64,000 bases of DNA from an uncultured Candidatus Saccharibacteria bacterium (GCA_964357175.1 CAYHJU010000002.1:598-64597), one strand, 5' to 3'; counted from the first letter of the stretch, positions 27,348 to 38,073 are shown. The notes: generated by a model not told the origin, from the sequence alone. Numbers and translations: made by a program.

Positions 27348-27503
27348 ATAATTTGATTTTTGCGCAATATGCTCTTTGGGTCTTTATACTTAAGAGGGTA
27401 GTTTAGTATCGGCGCCTTCAGAAGTCAATATTTTATGTGTTCAATTGACATATTTGAGTATCACATTTATTATGCAGTTAAGTTCTTTAAAAAGGAGAAC
27501 AAA

Positions 27504-27968
27504 GTGAGCTCAAAAAAGAAAGATCCATATCCGGAAATAACCAAGGCCTTGCGTCGTGGGCGTGTGCTGGCAAAAAAACTTCTTAAAATGGAAGGTGGAG
27601 TAATGCCCGCCGAAGAAGTGGCAACACTATTAGATGTTTCTTCTGATGAAGTTTTTCGGCTTCGCACGAAAGGACTTTTGCTTGCGGTTAAGGTGAGGGT
27701 GTTCCCAAGAAATCCGAATTTTTTTAAAAATGTTTATCCTCGTTGGCAATTTGACGAAAAAGAAGGCAAGCAGATTGAAGGATTTAAGGATGTCCTAGAA
27801 GCACTAAGGGAGAATGTTAATGTTGATGATGATAATTGGAGAAAATTTATGTTTTTCTTTTGCAAGGCTAAGAGTTTAAAAAAGACTCCGCTTGAAGAAT
27901 TACGTGAAGGCAATATTGAGGGCGTCGTTTTAGCGGCTCAAGGATACGGAGAACAAGGAGGATGGTAA
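27504..27968 (+). CDS. hypothetical protein (possible HTH)
   Basis: GTG start with AAAGGAG 6 nt upstream. The in-frame ATG at 27435 lacks an SD. A hairpin terminator follows. Confidence 0.35.
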   Translation: MSSKKKDPYPEITKALRRGRVLAKKLLKMEGGVMPAEEVATLLDVSSDEVFRLRTKGLLLAVKVRVFPRNPNFFKNVYPRWQFDEKEGKQIEGFKDVLEALRENVNVDDDNWRKFMFFFCKAKSLKKTPLEELREGNIEGVVLAAQGYGEQGGW

Positions 27969-27981
27969 TTAATAAGCATGT

Positions 27982-28008
27982 ACCCGACTCAATGAGTCGG
28001 GTTTTTTA
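27982..28008 (+). terminator. rho-independent terminator
   Basis: acccgactc aatg agtcgggt followed by tttttt. Confidence 0.65.
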
Positions 28009-28048
28009 TTTAGAAAGCGTCTCGTCTATGATATAATTCAATTAGTTT

Positions 28049-28498
28049 ATGGAGAAAATTTTTCATACAAAAAATTTAAAAGAAACTCAAAATCTCTCTG
28101 AAAAAGCCATTGAAATCGCTAAAAAACAAAGCAGGAAAAATGCGGCGGTTTTGGGGCTTGTTGGAGATTTGGGCGGAGGCAAAACATCTTTTACGCAGGG
28201 TTTGGCAAAAAATTTGGGCATTAAAAAAGAGATTTTAAGCCCTACATTTATTTTGATGCAAAGCTATCCGCTTTCAGGCAAAAAATTTCCATGGAAAGAC
28301 TTTTACCATCTAGACGCTTACCGCGTAAAATCATCAAAAGAAATTTTGAGGTTGGGATTTGAAGAAATTATAAAAGACAGCCAAAATATAGTCGTGGTGG
28401 AGTGGGCCGATATCATAAAAGACATTATGCCTAAAAATACGCTCTGGATAGAATTTGAGTGGCTGGATGAAAATGAGAGAAAGATAACCCTGAACTAA
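28049..28498 (+). CDS. tsaE: tRNA threonylcarbamoyladenosine biosynthesis protein TsaE (YjeE ATPase)
   Basis: P-loop 'LVGDLGGGKTSFTQGLAK'. About 150 aa, typical TsaE size. Confidence 0.75.
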   Translation: MEKIFHTKNLKETQNLSEKAIEIAKKQSRKNAAVLGLVGDLGGGKTSFTQGLAKNLGIKKEILSPTFILMQSYPLSGKKFPWKDFYHLDAYRVKSSKEILRLGFEEIIKDSQNIVVVEWADIIKDIMPKNTLWIEFEWLDENERKITLN

Positions 28499-28549
28499 CA
28501 TTCCAATATTCTTGAGAATGTAAGAATGTTGTTGTGTTTGTGAGAAATT

Positions 28550-31237
28550 ATGGAGAAAGAAACAAAAAATAAAAAAACACTTCTACTTTTAGATTCAAAC
28601 GGGCTTATTCATCGCGCTTATCATGCCTTGCCTCCTATGTCTAACCCCAAGGGCGAGATGGTGAACGCTGTTTATGGATTTATTAGTATTTTGCTTAGGG
28701 TTTTAAAAGAAATAAAACCGGATTTTGTGGCAGCGACTTTTGATTTAGCTGGCCCGACATTTCGCCATGAAGCATTTGCCGAGTATAAAATTCATCGTCC
28801 AAAAATGGATGATGATCTGGTAAAACAATTGCCATTGATTAGAGAGGTGGTGGGCGCTTTAAATATTCCAGCCTATGAAAAACAAGGATTTGAAGCGGAT
28901 GACGTGATAGGCACGATCTCATCATTGGTTTCTAAAAAACACAAAGATGTTGAGGTGATTATTTTAAGCGGCGACATGGACACTTTGCAACTGGTAGAGA
29001 AAAATGTGCGAGTTTATACATTTAAAAAAGGCGTGAGCGATGCAATGATTTATGGAGAAAAAGAGGTTTTAGAGAGATACGGGCTAACTCCCTCGCAGGT
29101 GGCTGATTTTAAAGGTTTAAAAGGCGACCCATCAGACAATATCCCGGGAGTGCCGGGCATAGGCGACAAGTCGGCATCTGCGCTTTTGCAACACTTCGGA
29201 AACATAGAAAAAATCTACAAATATCTTACAGGTAAGAAAAAAGATGCCAAGGCGGAAAAAATCATTAAGCCTAAGATGCGCCAGTCGTTGGAAGAAAATA
29301 AAGATCAGGCATTTTTCAGCCGAGAGCTTGCCACAATAAATTCAAAAGTTCCCGTAAAATTCAAACTGGAGGATTCTAAATTTAGCGAGAAAGATTTGCA
29401 AAACGACAAGCTTTATAAATTCATACAATCGATGGGATTTTTCAGTTTGATTTCACGCTTAAACTCCCAAGAGAAATTATTTGAAAGTCCGCAAATATCT
29501 CCTGTCTCTTCTGTAAAACAAGAAAACATTTTTGAAAAATCGTCTAAAAACTTTAAAAGCGATTCTGATTTTGAAAAAAAGCTTGAAAAATGTGAAAAGG
29601 TAGGGATTTTTTGCCATGACGATAAAATTTTCACCTTGCTTGATTTAGGAGATAAAAAAGAATCCTTTGAAATTCCCCAGGAAAATTTCCCCTTTGATAA
29701 ATTTTGGCAAAAATTAAACAGCGGCGAGTTGAAGCTGAAAGTTTTTGATTTTAAAGAGTTGCTCCACGTCGGAAATTGCGATTTGGAAAAACATCCAAAA
29801 ATTCGCCATGCTGATTTTTTTGACATTAAAATTGCCGCTTGGATTTTGCGCCCAGGAGAGCGCGATTATAGTTTAGAGAAAATATTTTTTTCACACACCA
29901 AAGAAAAACTGGAAAGTATTCACGACACAACAGCCCATCTTTTTAGGTTAAGCGACATTTTGGAAGAAAAAATTTCTCAAATAAATCTGCAAGATGTCTT
30001 ACAAAAAATTGAACAGCCTCTGAGCATCGTTCTTTATCAAATGGAAAAGCGCGGCATAGCTTTAGATAAATCTATTTTGGCAGATCTTAATAAAAAAATA
30101 GACAAAGAGATTGAAAAATCCGAAAAGGAAATCTATAAATTGGCGGGCACGGAGTTTAATATCAGCTCACCCAAGCAACTTTCTGAAATTTTATTTAAAA
30201 AATTAAAAATTGAAACCCAAGATTTGCGCAAAACGCCGGGCGGCGTGTTGTCCACGCAGGCGTCGGAATTGGAAAAATTAAAGGATAAGCACAAAATAAT
30301 TGATTGGATACTTCAATATCGCGAAATGACAAAATTAAAAACCACCTATGTCGTGCCCCTGCCTCTTTTGGTGGACACGTCTTCAAGAATTCACACAAAT
30401 TTCAATCAGGAGGGCACGGCCACTGGGCGGCTTTCTTCAGACAATCCTAATTTGCAAAATATTCCTACTCGCTCTAGTTGGGGTACAGCCGTCAGGCGGG
30501 CTTTTGTGGCGCAAAAAGGCTACAAGCTTGTGTCTTTTGATTATTCACAAATAGAGCTTAGGGTTGCGGCATCTTTGGCGCACGATAAAAAAATGCTCCA
30601 GATATTTAAGGAGGGAAAAGATATTCATGCGATGACCGCAGCGGAAATTGAGGGTGTTTCCGAAAAAGAAGTGACGTCAGCTTTGCGCAGAGAGGCAAAA
30701 ATTTTAAATTTCGGAGTACTTTATGGCATGAGCGCGCAAGGATTTTCAGAGGCGGCGGGTGTTTCGCGCGAAAGAGCGGGCGAATTTATAAAACAGTATT
30801 TTAAAACATTTGAGGGGGTCGCTCAGCTTGTGGAGAATTTAAAAAATCAAGTTAAGGCCAAAGGATATGTGGAGACGCTCACGGGTCGTCGCAGATATCT
30901 GCCGGAGATTTATGCTTCAAATTGGCATATTCGCCAGGCGGCAGAGCGCGCGGCGATAAATATGCCGCTTCAAGGGCTGGCGGCGGATATTTTAAAGATG
31001 GCGATGATTAAAATTTATGATGATATTTTGGAAAAACAAAGTCCCGAAGACATTCGTATGATTTTACAGGTGCACGACGAACTTGTTTTTGAAATAAAAG
31101 AAGACAAGGTGAAAGATTTTGTTTCCAGCATTAAAAATATAATGGAGCAAAGTTATAAGTTGGAAGCGCCAGTGGTCGTTGACGCAAAAGAAGGAGATAA
31201 TTGGGGAGAGTTAGAAGAAATTCACCCTGTTAAATAA
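28550..31237 (+). CDS. polA: DNA polymerase I (5'-3' exonuclease + polymerase; 3'-5' exo region apparently inactive)
   Basis: N-terminal 53EXO/FEN motifs. Pol A motifs 'RRAAKILNFGVLYGMSAQG' and 'QVHDELVFE'. The central region lacks the DxE exonuclease triad. Confidence 0.9.
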   Translation: MEKETKNKKTLLLLDSNGLIHRAYHALPPMSNPKGEMVNAVYGFISILLRVLKEIKPDFVAATFDLAGPTFRHEAFAEYKIHRPKMDDDLVKQLPLIREVVGALNIPAYEKQGFEADDVIGTISSLVSKKHKDVEVIILSGDMDTLQLVEKNVRVYTFKKGVSDAMIYGEKEVLERYGLTPSQVADFKGLKGDPSDNIPGVPGIGDKSASALLQHFGNIEKIYKYLTGKKKDAKAEKIIKPKMRQSLEENKDQAFFSRELATINSKVPVKFKLEDSKFSEKDLQNDKLYKFIQSMGFFSLISRLNSQEKLFESPQISPVSSVKQENIFEKSSKNFKSDSDFEKKLEKCEKVGIFCHDDKIFTLLDLGDKKESFEIPQENFPFDKFWQKLNSGELKLKVFDFKELLHVGNCDLEKHPKIRHADFFDIKIAAWILRPGERDYSLEKIFFSHTKEKLESIHDTTAHLFRLSDILEEKISQINLQDVLQKIEQPLSIVLYQMEKRGIALDKSILADLNKKIDKEIEKSEKEIYKLAGTEFNISSPKQLSEILFKKLKIETQDLRKTPGGVLSTQASELEKLKDKHKIIDWILQYREMTKLKTTYVVPLPLLVDTSSRIHTNFNQEGTATGRLSSDNPNLQNIPTRSSWGTAVRRAFVAQKGYKLVSFDYSQIELRVAASLAHDKKMLQIFKEGKDIHAMTAAEIEGVSEKEVTSALRREAKILNFGVLYGMSAQGFSEAAGVSRERAGEFIKQYFKTFEGVAQLVENLKNQVKAKGYVETLTGRRRYLPEIYASNWHIRQAAERAAINMPLQGLAADILKMAMIKIYDDILEKQSPEDIRMILQVHDELVFEIKEDKVKDFVSSIKNIMEQSYKLEAPVVVDAKEGDNWGELEEIHPVK

Positions 31238-31322
31238 TTTTAAATTTTATATAAAATTTAAAATTAAAATTTTCTGCTCAAGTTCACTTGCTTAAAATTT
31301 AATAAAACAAATAATAATACAA

Positions 31323-32201
31323 ATGATTTTTTATTTAAAACAAAAGAAAATTTTATTTAACGGGGTAAAATTTGGAGCACACATATCAATAGCCGGAGGT
31401 GTGCAAAACGCCCCGAAAAATGCCAAAGATATCGGTTGTGAAGCGTTTCAGATGTTTACTCATCCTCCGCAGATGGGGAAAGTTCCGTCTCTTTCTGAAA
31501 AATCGGTGAGCGAATTTAAAAAAGAATTGAAAAAATATAAATTTACAAATTTTTATATACACGCGCCATATATAGTAAATTTCGCTTCCCAAAACCCTGC
31601 CATTCGCCATGCCACAATTAGCATTGTGAGAAACAATCTAGAAAGAGCCGATCTTTTAGGCGCCTCGGCTATGATGACCCATTTGGGAAGCTCTCGCGAG
31701 GCGGGGAAAGAGGAGGGGCTAAAATATGTCGTAAAAGGCCTCAACGAAACTCTTGAAGGATATAAGGGTAAAACTAAATTTTTAATTGAAATTTCTGCTG
31801 GCGCGGGCAGTGTCGTCGGGGGCACACTTGAAGAAATCGCGTGGATTTTGAAAAATATTAAAAATAAAAATGTTGGAGTATGTTTTGACACCCAGCATGC
31901 TTTTGCTTCCGGATATGATTTGCGAAGTGCGGAAAAAGTTGATGAAGTTTTTAAAAAATTTGATAAATTGATCGGCCTGGAAAAATTGGCGGTGATTCAT
32001 ACAAATGATTCAAAAACCGAGTTTGATTCTCATAAAGACAGACATGAACATATCGGCAAGGGGTTTTTGGGGCTTTCTGCGTTTGAGGCGCTCCTTTCGC
32101 GTCCATATTTGAAAGATAAAGATTTTATTTTGGAAACAGAGTCGGATTTGGTGGAAGAAGATTTGAAAGTTTTAAAAGATATTCGAAAAAATTTAATATA
32201 A
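31323..32201 (+). CDS. nfo: endonuclease IV (AP endonuclease family 2)
   Basis: 'GAHISIAGG' N-terminus. His/Asp/Glu metal ligands of the Nfo TIM barrel, e.g. 'VIHTNDSK'. Confidence 0.8.
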   Translation: MIFYLKQKKILFNGVKFGAHISIAGGVQNAPKNAKDIGCEAFQMFTHPPQMGKVPSLSEKSVSEFKKELKKYKFTNFYIHAPYIVNFASQNPAIRHATISIVRNNLERADLLGASAMMTHLGSSREAGKEEGLKYVVKGLNETLEGYKGKTKFLIEISAGAGSVVGGTLEEIAWILKNIKNKNVGVCFDTQHAFASGYDLRSAEKVDEVFKKFDKLIGLEKLAVIHTNDSKTEFDSHKDRHEHIGKGFLGLSAFEALLSRPYLKDKDFILETESDLVEEDLKVLKDIRKNLI

Positions 32202-32206
32202 AAAAT

Positions 32207-32233
32207 AAGCCCCTAAATGGGGCTTATTTTTTT
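32207..32233. terminator. bidirectional rho-independent terminator
   Basis: aagcccc taaat ggggctt followed by a T-run, between convergent genes. Confidence 0.6.
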
Positions 32234-32241
32234 AATTGCTT

Positions 32242-32637
32242 TTAACTAAGTTTTTTAAGTTTTTCTTCCAATCCTTTAATTTGATTCCTAAAAATTCTAA
32301 ATCTTCTATTTAAACTTTCCACATGTTCAACTACTTCAGGTTTATTGAGATCATTGATATGCACTTCCAAATACTTAAATCGGTCAGCCTCATTTTCTTG
32401 ATGTTCTTGATTTAATTTCTCCAATTGAGTTGTCAGCTCTCCTTTAAGGGCTTCTATTTCTTTACGAGCCTCTATCTCTTCGGGGCTCATTACTTTGCTC
32501 GTTACTTTTTCTTTGGTTAGGGTGCCTGCTCTGGCCTGATTTTCAAGATCTTTGACCATTGATTCCAATGATGGTTTTTTAGAGACCCCTCCTTTTTTAG
32601 GGTCTAAGTCCGCTAACATTTTTTCTATATTATTCAT
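32242..32637 (-). CDS. coiled-coil hypothetical protein
   Basis: 131-aa charged heptad-rich ORF. Confidence 0.4.
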   Translation of the reverse strand: MNNIEKMLADLDPKKGGVSKKPSLESMVKDLENQARAGTLTKEKVTSKVMSPEEIEARKEIEALKGELTTQLEKLNQEHQENEADRFKYLEVHINDLNKPEVVEHVESLNRRFRIFRNQIKGLEEKLKKLS

Positions 32638-32847
32638 ATTTATTATTTTATTTATTTTAATTCAAAAGAGATTAGCACTCAATCTCTTCCTCGTCATTGT
32701 ACACCATATGCGCATATATTGCAAGAGATAGGGACGACACAAACAGTTGTCTATTATTTGTAGTTAATCGCCAATTGAATTATCATAAAAACATACTAAA
32801 TAAATAATGTTCTAGATTCTAACTCCTAGATTCTAGATTCTGTATGC

Positions 32848-33729
32848 ATGCCCGAACTTCCAGAGGTGCAGACTACTATAAATGGTTTGCGCAGAAAAAT
32901 TTTAAACAAAAAAATATTATCGGTTTGGAGCGATTGGCAAAAAGTTGCCAAAAGTCCTCTGCCGTTTTCTGCGTTTCAAAAATTGGTAGTTGGTAAAAAA
33001 ATAGAGGAAATTGAGCGCCACGGTAAAAACATCGTTTTTTACCTGTCGGGTGGCATTGTGATGGTGGCGCATCAAAAAATGACAGGGCATTTTATGGTGG
33101 GGAAATTTGTTTTGCAGGATGGTAAAATGTTAGCGCAGGATAAAAAAATCTCCAAAGACCCCTACAATAAATATATTCATCTTCTATTTAAATTGAGCGG
33201 GGGTGGCGATTTGGCTTTGTCCGATGTGCGCAAATTTGCCCATGTTTTTGCGGGTCGTGACGCGCAAGATATATTTAAAAAAAGCGGCGTGGATAAATTG
33301 GGCCCTGACGCCTTGAAAGTTTCAGCGAATGATTTTGATAAATCAATCCAAAAACAAAAACGTCCGATTAAAGCAGTTTTAATGGATCAAGAATTGATTT
33401 CTGGCATCGGCAATATATATGGAGATGAAATTTTATGGGAAGCAAAAATAAATCCATTTTCTCGTTCAAACAATTTAAGCGCTACGCAGATAAAAAATAT
33501 ATTTAAAGCAACCCACAAAATTTTACCTTATGCGACAAAACTGGGTGGCACAAGCACGAGCGATTATCGCGATACTGCCGGACAAAAAGGAAAATACGGA
33601 TTGCATCTTAAAGCGTATCGGCAAACAGACAAAAAATGTTCAAGGAAAGACGGGGGTGTTATTCAAAGGAAGGTTTTAAATCAGCGTTCGGCGCATTTTT
33701 GCTCTAGATGCCAAAAATTAATCAAATAA
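32848..33729 (+). CDS. mutM: formamidopyrimidine-DNA glycosylase (Fpg/MutM)
   Basis: 'MPELPEVQTT' catalytic N-terminus. H2TH region. C-terminal zinc finger 'CSRCQ'. Confidence 0.85.
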   Translation: MPELPEVQTTINGLRRKILNKKILSVWSDWQKVAKSPLPFSAFQKLVVGKKIEEIERHGKNIVFYLSGGIVMVAHQKMTGHFMVGKFVLQDGKMLAQDKKISKDPYNKYIHLLFKLSGGGDLALSDVRKFAHVFAGRDAQDIFKKSGVDKLGPDALKVSANDFDKSIQKQKRPIKAVLMDQELISGIGNIYGDEILWEAKINPFSRSNNLSATQIKNIFKATHKILPYATKLGGTSTSDYRDTAGQKGKYGLHLKAYRQTDKKCSRKDGGVIQRKVLNQRSAHFCSRCQKLIK

Positions 33730-33736
33730 AGATGGC

Positions 33737-34750
33737 ATGATCTACTATTTTTACGGAAAAGAAAGGTTTTTAAACCAAAAAAAGGCGCAAGAATACACGG
33801 AAAAATATAAAAACAAATATCCGGCATCTTTGGGTTTTTATGCTTTTGGCGTGGAAAATTTCTTACCGGATGAAATGGAAAGTGCCGTAAAAACCCTTTC
33901 AATGTTTGGCGAAAACAAGCTCATCGTTTTACAAAGCGTCCAGGATTTTCCAGGTGAAAACCTAGACAAAATTCATAATTTGATGAAAGAAAATGATTTA
34001 ATTAACCACAAAAACATCTTTTTGATTTTTACAGCGGAAAATCAGACGGGGGAAGATTTATCAAAAAAACACGACCTTTTCAAAACTTTGGAGGCCTTAA
34101 CTCAAAGCGCAAATCTTTCTCAAAGCTCAAAACAATCCACCGACTTAAGTCCGGTAAAGCTACGCGCATTTATTGAAGACGAGGCAAATAGGTTGGGATT
34201 AAAATTAAACTCAAAATTAATTTCCTTACTGTTGCAGACAGGCGCGGATATTTCAACTATCGCCAATAATTTACAGATGCTTTCTGATTTTCAAGCACAA
34301 ACAAATCGGCCTATTGAGGAGAAAGATTTTGCAGACTTGATAGAAAACCATATCGTTTTAGATGAAAATGCCATTTTCAGATCTATTGACGCTATTGCGT
34401 CGGGTCACGCCAGTCAGGCCTTGGATATTTTTTATGCTCTTTTGCAAAAAGATAATGAGGCGATTTATAGTATTTGGGGAATGTTAGGATATTTTTTACG
34501 CAATCTTATTATCGTGCGAAGTTTGCTGGATGAAGGGGGTGAAAAAGAAGAGATTATAAAAAAATCAGAGCTGAAACCATTTGTAGTGCAAAAATACATG
34601 GAATTTTCCAAAAATTTAAAAATGGATCAAATTTTAAAACTGCACACGCTTTTAACGGATTTAGACGTTAAAATAAAAACCGGCCAAATAGATGGCCAGA
34701 CAGCGCTTGAACTTTTTGTCTCGAAAGTTTCTTCGATGTTAAAAAAATAA
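33737..34750 (+). CDS. holA: DNA polymerase III delta subunit (HolA-like)
   Basis: 'MIYYFYGKERFL' N-terminus. About 340-aa helical C-terminal domains. Confidence 0.55.
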   Translation: MIYYFYGKERFLNQKKAQEYTEKYKNKYPASLGFYAFGVENFLPDEMESAVKTLSMFGENKLIVLQSVQDFPGENLDKIHNLMKENDLINHKNIFLIFTAENQTGEDLSKKHDLFKTLEALTQSANLSQSSKQSTDLSPVKLRAFIEDEANRLGLKLNSKLISLLLQTGADISTIANNLQMLSDFQAQTNRPIEEKDFADLIENHIVLDENAIFRSIDAIASGHASQALDIFYALLQKDNEAIYSIWGMLGYFLRNLIIVRSLLDEGGEKEEIIKKSELKPFVVQKYMEFSKNLKMDQILKLHTLLTDLDVKIKTGQIDGQTALELFVSKVSSMLKK

Positions 34751-34780
34751 AATCGCCCTTTGTGGGGCGATTTTATTTTT
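34749..34780. terminator. bidirectional rho-independent terminator
   Basis: aaaatcgccc tttgt ggggcgatttt followed by ttttt. Confidence 0.6.
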
Positions 34781-35049
34781 TATTTCTTATTTAAGCTATT
34801 TGCCAATTTGGTTAAGCGGGATTTTTTGCGGGCGGCAGTGTTTTTCTTTATGGTGCCGTGTTTGGCGGCCTTGTCTAAGAATTTATAAAGCTTGGGAATT
34901 ATCACTTTAGCATCTTTCGTTTTTTTCTCTGTGATAAGTTTTTTCAGATCGCGTGTTAAATTTCTTACATTAGTAAGATAATATAAGTTCATCTCTTTGC
35001 GTCTGGCATTTTGTCTCAAAGCTTTTTTTGCTGATTGTATATTTGGCAT
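34780..35049 (-). CDS. rpsT: 30S ribosomal protein S20
   Basis: 'MPNIQSAKKALRQNARRKEMN' signature. 89 aa, basic. Confidence 0.85.
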   Translation of the reverse strand: MPNIQSAKKALRQNARRKEMNLYYLTNVRNLTRDLKKLITEKKTKDAKVIIPKLYKFLDKAAKHGTIKKNTAARKKSRLTKLANSLNKK

Positions 35050-35202
35050 AAAAAATTATTTTCCGGAGGTTATTTGCAATTATTTCTGAGTATACTATAT
35101 AAATAAATTTTTGCAAGAGCCCCGTGTTTGTTCAAATTGTGGATTTTATAAGCTGTTTGCTTTTTTAAAAAAGTTAAATATAATGAAAGTACAATTGAAT
35201 AT

Positions 35203-35277
35203 TCCGCGGTAGCTCAGTGGTAGAGCAGGCGACTGTTAATCGCTTGGTCGCTGGTTCGAATCCAGCCCGCGGAGCCA
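35203..35277 (+). tRNA. tRNA-Asn (anticodon GTT), CCA encoded
   Basis: Cloverleaf folded by hand. Acceptor TCCGCGG/CCGCGGA. D-arm GCTC-AGTGGTA-GAGC. Anticodon loop CTGTTAA. T-arm GCTGG-TTCGAAT-CCAGC. Discriminator G plus CCA. Confidence 0.9.
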
Positions 35278-36879
35278 TGTGGGATGAGCAGAGCCAAAAG
35301 CTCTGCTTTTCTCTTTATCTACGGGCTTTTTTAGCGGTTCGAATGTTGTATTTTTGTCTGTATTTTCTCCCAACATCTGTGATACTCGTTCAAATACCAT
35401 TTTGAAGGCTTTCTGGTATGAAATCTCAACTTTTTTGCCATTTATAATGGGGTTCGAAAATAAAAGGGACAAAAGTTGTTTCTTGTCGTCGACCATTTCG
35501 ATTGTGCTTCGATTCAAATAAATTCTCCTTGCCTCTTTAGCCATTTGTAAAAAGGTTGACCCCATATCGTAATACTTGAGGTTGGCATTTTTGTGCTTAT
35601 TCAAACCGTCCAGCACTTCCTCCTGTTCAATTTTGTATTGCTGGTACTTTTTCTGGTAGAAGTCCTCACTAATCTTGCCATCGATCTTATCATCGTAGAT
35701 CTTGTCCAGTCTCTGCGTGGCTACTTGGTAGCGTCGCTCGAGTTCGCCGGTGGCCTTTTGTCTGAATTCTATCTCCTCGCCGTGGCTTTCTTTGAGAGCC
35801 TCTTGGACCCAAGTCAGCATATTCTCTATGGCCTCATCGTGTTTTGAGCTTAAGTGTTCGATATTTTCCATTACTTGCAGGTCAATGTTCTCTTGTTTGA
35901 CCCATTCCTTTTGCTGGCAGTTTTTATAATGATTGCAGTGGCCATACCAGTGGCCTTTTTGTATCTCCCAAGTTATCCGGCCTTTACATTCCTCGCAGTG
36001 GAAGACATTTTTAAATAATGGATTGTGCTTGTTGTACTTCGGCGTGCCATTACTATGCATGATGTCTTGGCATCGCATGAATAATTCTTTGGTTATAAGT
36101 GGTTCGTGTCCGCCTTGAGCAACTTTTCCATTCCAGCGATTCATTCCGTAATAAAACGGATCACCAAGTAATTGGTGGACTCGTGAGTGACTGACTTTAT
36201 TTCCTCCCCGAGACCGCATGCCGAGTTTATGCATTTCATCGGCCAGTTTTTTGGTTGAGTAGCGATTGGAGGCATAAAGGTCAAACATCTTTTTGACCAG
36301 CGGAGATTTGTCCGGATCAATGATGTGGATTTTGTGCCCCTTCTCGCCAGTGGTTTGATATCCGAGTGGCGGTTTGCTTGGTAGCCAGCCTTGAGCCAGC
36401 TTTTCTTTTTGTCCCTTTTTCACATTCTCGGAAAGCAGACGGATATAATATTCGGCCGTGGCCACTTTGACTCGCCACATAAACCATTCGTGCGACTTGG
36501 AGTCTTTGTGGAGTGTACAGCCTTCTTTGACGAGGTGGATTGTGTGTCTTTCGTCCGCCAGTATCCATTCGTCAATTATCGGCACATCGGCGAAGTTACG
36601 GGTTAGGCGGTCGGTGGTTTCCACGAAGACCGTATTGATCTTGGCTTTGGTCACATAGTCCAGCATCTCGTGGAATATCTTGCGTTGGATTTTTCCGGCC
36701 GCCGATTCTTGAATGGCAAAAACTTTTACCAGATCAAAACCGTTTCTATCGGCATAATCGTGTAAAAGTTTTTCTTGAGCTGGTAGTGAGTAGCCAGTGT
36801 CTTCTTGGTCTTTGGAAGAGACACGGGCATATCCTACGGCTCGCATCGATTCATTTTCGTTTTGCATTGTCATAGTCAT
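35236..36879 (-). CDS. large serine recombinase (phage-type integrase)
   Basis: Resolvase catalytic domain 'AVGYARVSSKDQ'. Recombinase domain. Zinc ribbon 'CEECKG...HCNHYKNC'. Coiled-coil. The 3' end reads antisense through the tRNA-Asn 3' half. Likely real start at 'MRAVGY' (about 36846). Confidence 0.8.
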   Translation of the reverse strand: MTMTMQNENESMRAVGYARVSSKDQEDTGYSLPAQEKLLHDYADRNGFDLVKVFAIQESAAGKIQRKIFHEMLDYVTKAKINTVFVETTDRLTRNFADVPIIDEWILADERHTIHLVKEGCTLHKDSKSHEWFMWRVKVATAEYYIRLLSENVKKGQKEKLAQGWLPSKPPLGYQTTGEKGHKIHIIDPDKSPLVKKMFDLYASNRYSTKKLADEMHKLGMRSRGGNKVSHSRVHQLLGDPFYYGMNRWNGKVAQGGHEPLITKELFMRCQDIMHSNGTPKYNKHNPLFKNVFHCEECKGRITWEIQKGHWYGHCNHYKNCQQKEWVKQENIDLQVMENIEHLSSKHDEAIENMLTWVQEALKESHGEEIEFRQKATGELERRYQVATQRLDKIYDDKIDGKISEDFYQKKYQQYKIEQEEVLDGLNKHKNANLKYYDMGSTFLQMAKEARRIYLNRSTIEMVDDKKQLLSLLFSNPIINGKKVEISYQKAFKMVFERVSQMLGENTDKNTTFEPLKKPVDKEKSRAFGSAHPTWLRGLDSNQRPSD

Positions 36880-36977
36880 AATTTTGTTAATTTTACTAAG
36901 GTTCGAATTCGACTTTTGGTCTCAAGACACAACATACGCTATTTTTTCGGACAAGCTAAGCTCGAGTTGCCCACAGC

Positions 36978-37412
36978 TCATTTTTGTTGTTTTTTCTTGA
37001 CGCTTTCTAGTATTTCCGTGATGCGATAATAGTCTCGCTCATAGTCTTCGTCTGTATGGCCACCTCTTATACCGTTCTCGGATGGCGGACCGCTGACAAT
37101 GTCTAAAATTGCTTTAGCGGCTCGGAATTTCATTGCATCACTTTTGGCTCCCATAAGTGAGACCAAGATGTTGGCCGCAGTTACAGAATATTTCGCCAGT
37201 ATGGTATCCATTTCTTTATCACGAGTACTGTTTCTTTCTTTTTCGTATCGGTCGTATTCGTCTTTCAGTAAGCCATCTGACCGAAACCATCTCTTTACAC
37301 TGACATGAGAGACTTTAAGCATCCGGGCAATCTCTAAATAAGTAAAATCGCCATATTTTAAGCGGATCGCATTCTGATATTTTTCATTTTTTATGTCTAC
37401 AGATTTAGCCAT
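36978..37412 (-). CDS. HTH DNA-binding protein (terminase-small-subunit/excisionase-like), hypothetical
   Basis: 'YLEIARMLKVSHVSVKRWF' helix-turn-helix near the N-terminus. Confidence 0.4.
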   Translation of the reverse strand: MAKSVDIKNEKYQNAIRLKYGDFTYLEIARMLKVSHVSVKRWFRSDGLLKDEYDRYEKERNSTRDKEMDTILAKYSVTAANILVSLMGAKSDAMKFRAAKAILDIVSGPPSENGIRGGHTDEDYERDYYRITEILESVKKKQQK

Positions 37413-37500
37413 TTGGGTATCACTTAGTATCGTTTAACGATTGTTTATTATCGGCTTTTTGCTCATTTCGTTGCCCAATGTTGCCGTTTATAACCAAAAA

Positions 37501-38073
37501 TCATTTGTTTTGTAGGGTCATCTTGGCTACGAGTTTAGCTCTGGCCTCGGCCAAGAGTTTTAAATTCTTTGACCGGCCGTTAATTTCTTTATTATTTTCT
37601 TTAATTTCTTTTAATCCCTTATCTTCTATATCTTCTGCACCGGAGGCAGTCTGCGTGCTATGCCGTCCGGCTTTTGATGCTGATTGGTTTCCACCCTGCG
37701 TCAGATGTAGGACGGAAAGCAAAGTGATACCTCGGGGCTTGAACTTGGCGTCCTCGCCCCGAGTTTTCGTGATTGCGATAAAAGCCCACTCCTCGAGTTT
37801 GGACAAACAATTCTTAATCGTTCGCCAGTCTTTGAGTCCGGAATAAATCAAAAGCGTTTTGTTGGACGCCTCTATGGTTTGACTGGCTTTGTTGGAGGCA
37901 ATCTCGGTCAAAGCCAGATACATGTTCCGGAGATTCCGGTAGGCATCAATGCTTATATGCTTATCGAGCCATTGTTGTCGCATGTACCGCAAAGCTGGCT
38001 TATCTTGGTAAGCAAACGGCAATTCGCGATAATCCCTGATCTTATGTGGTTTGTCGCTCGGGTACTGTGTCAT
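37501..38073 (-). CDS. hypothetical island protein
   Basis: 190-aa ORF co-directional with the recombinase. Confidence 0.3.
   Translation of the reverse strand: MTQYPSDKPHKIRDYRELPFAYQDKPALRYMRQQWLDKHISIDAYRNLRNMYLALTEIASNKASQTIEASNKTLLIYSGLKDWRTIKNCLSKLEEWAFIAITKTRGEDAKFKPRGITLLSVLHLTQGGNQSASKAGRHSTQTASGAEDIEDKGLKEIKENNKEINGRSKNLKLLAEARAKLVAKMTLQNK

Noticed and set aside
27435-27503. Upstream ATG start for the 27.5-kb ORF
   Set aside because: There is no ribosome-binding site. An in-frame GTG at 27504 has a canonical AAAGGAG 6 nt upstream.
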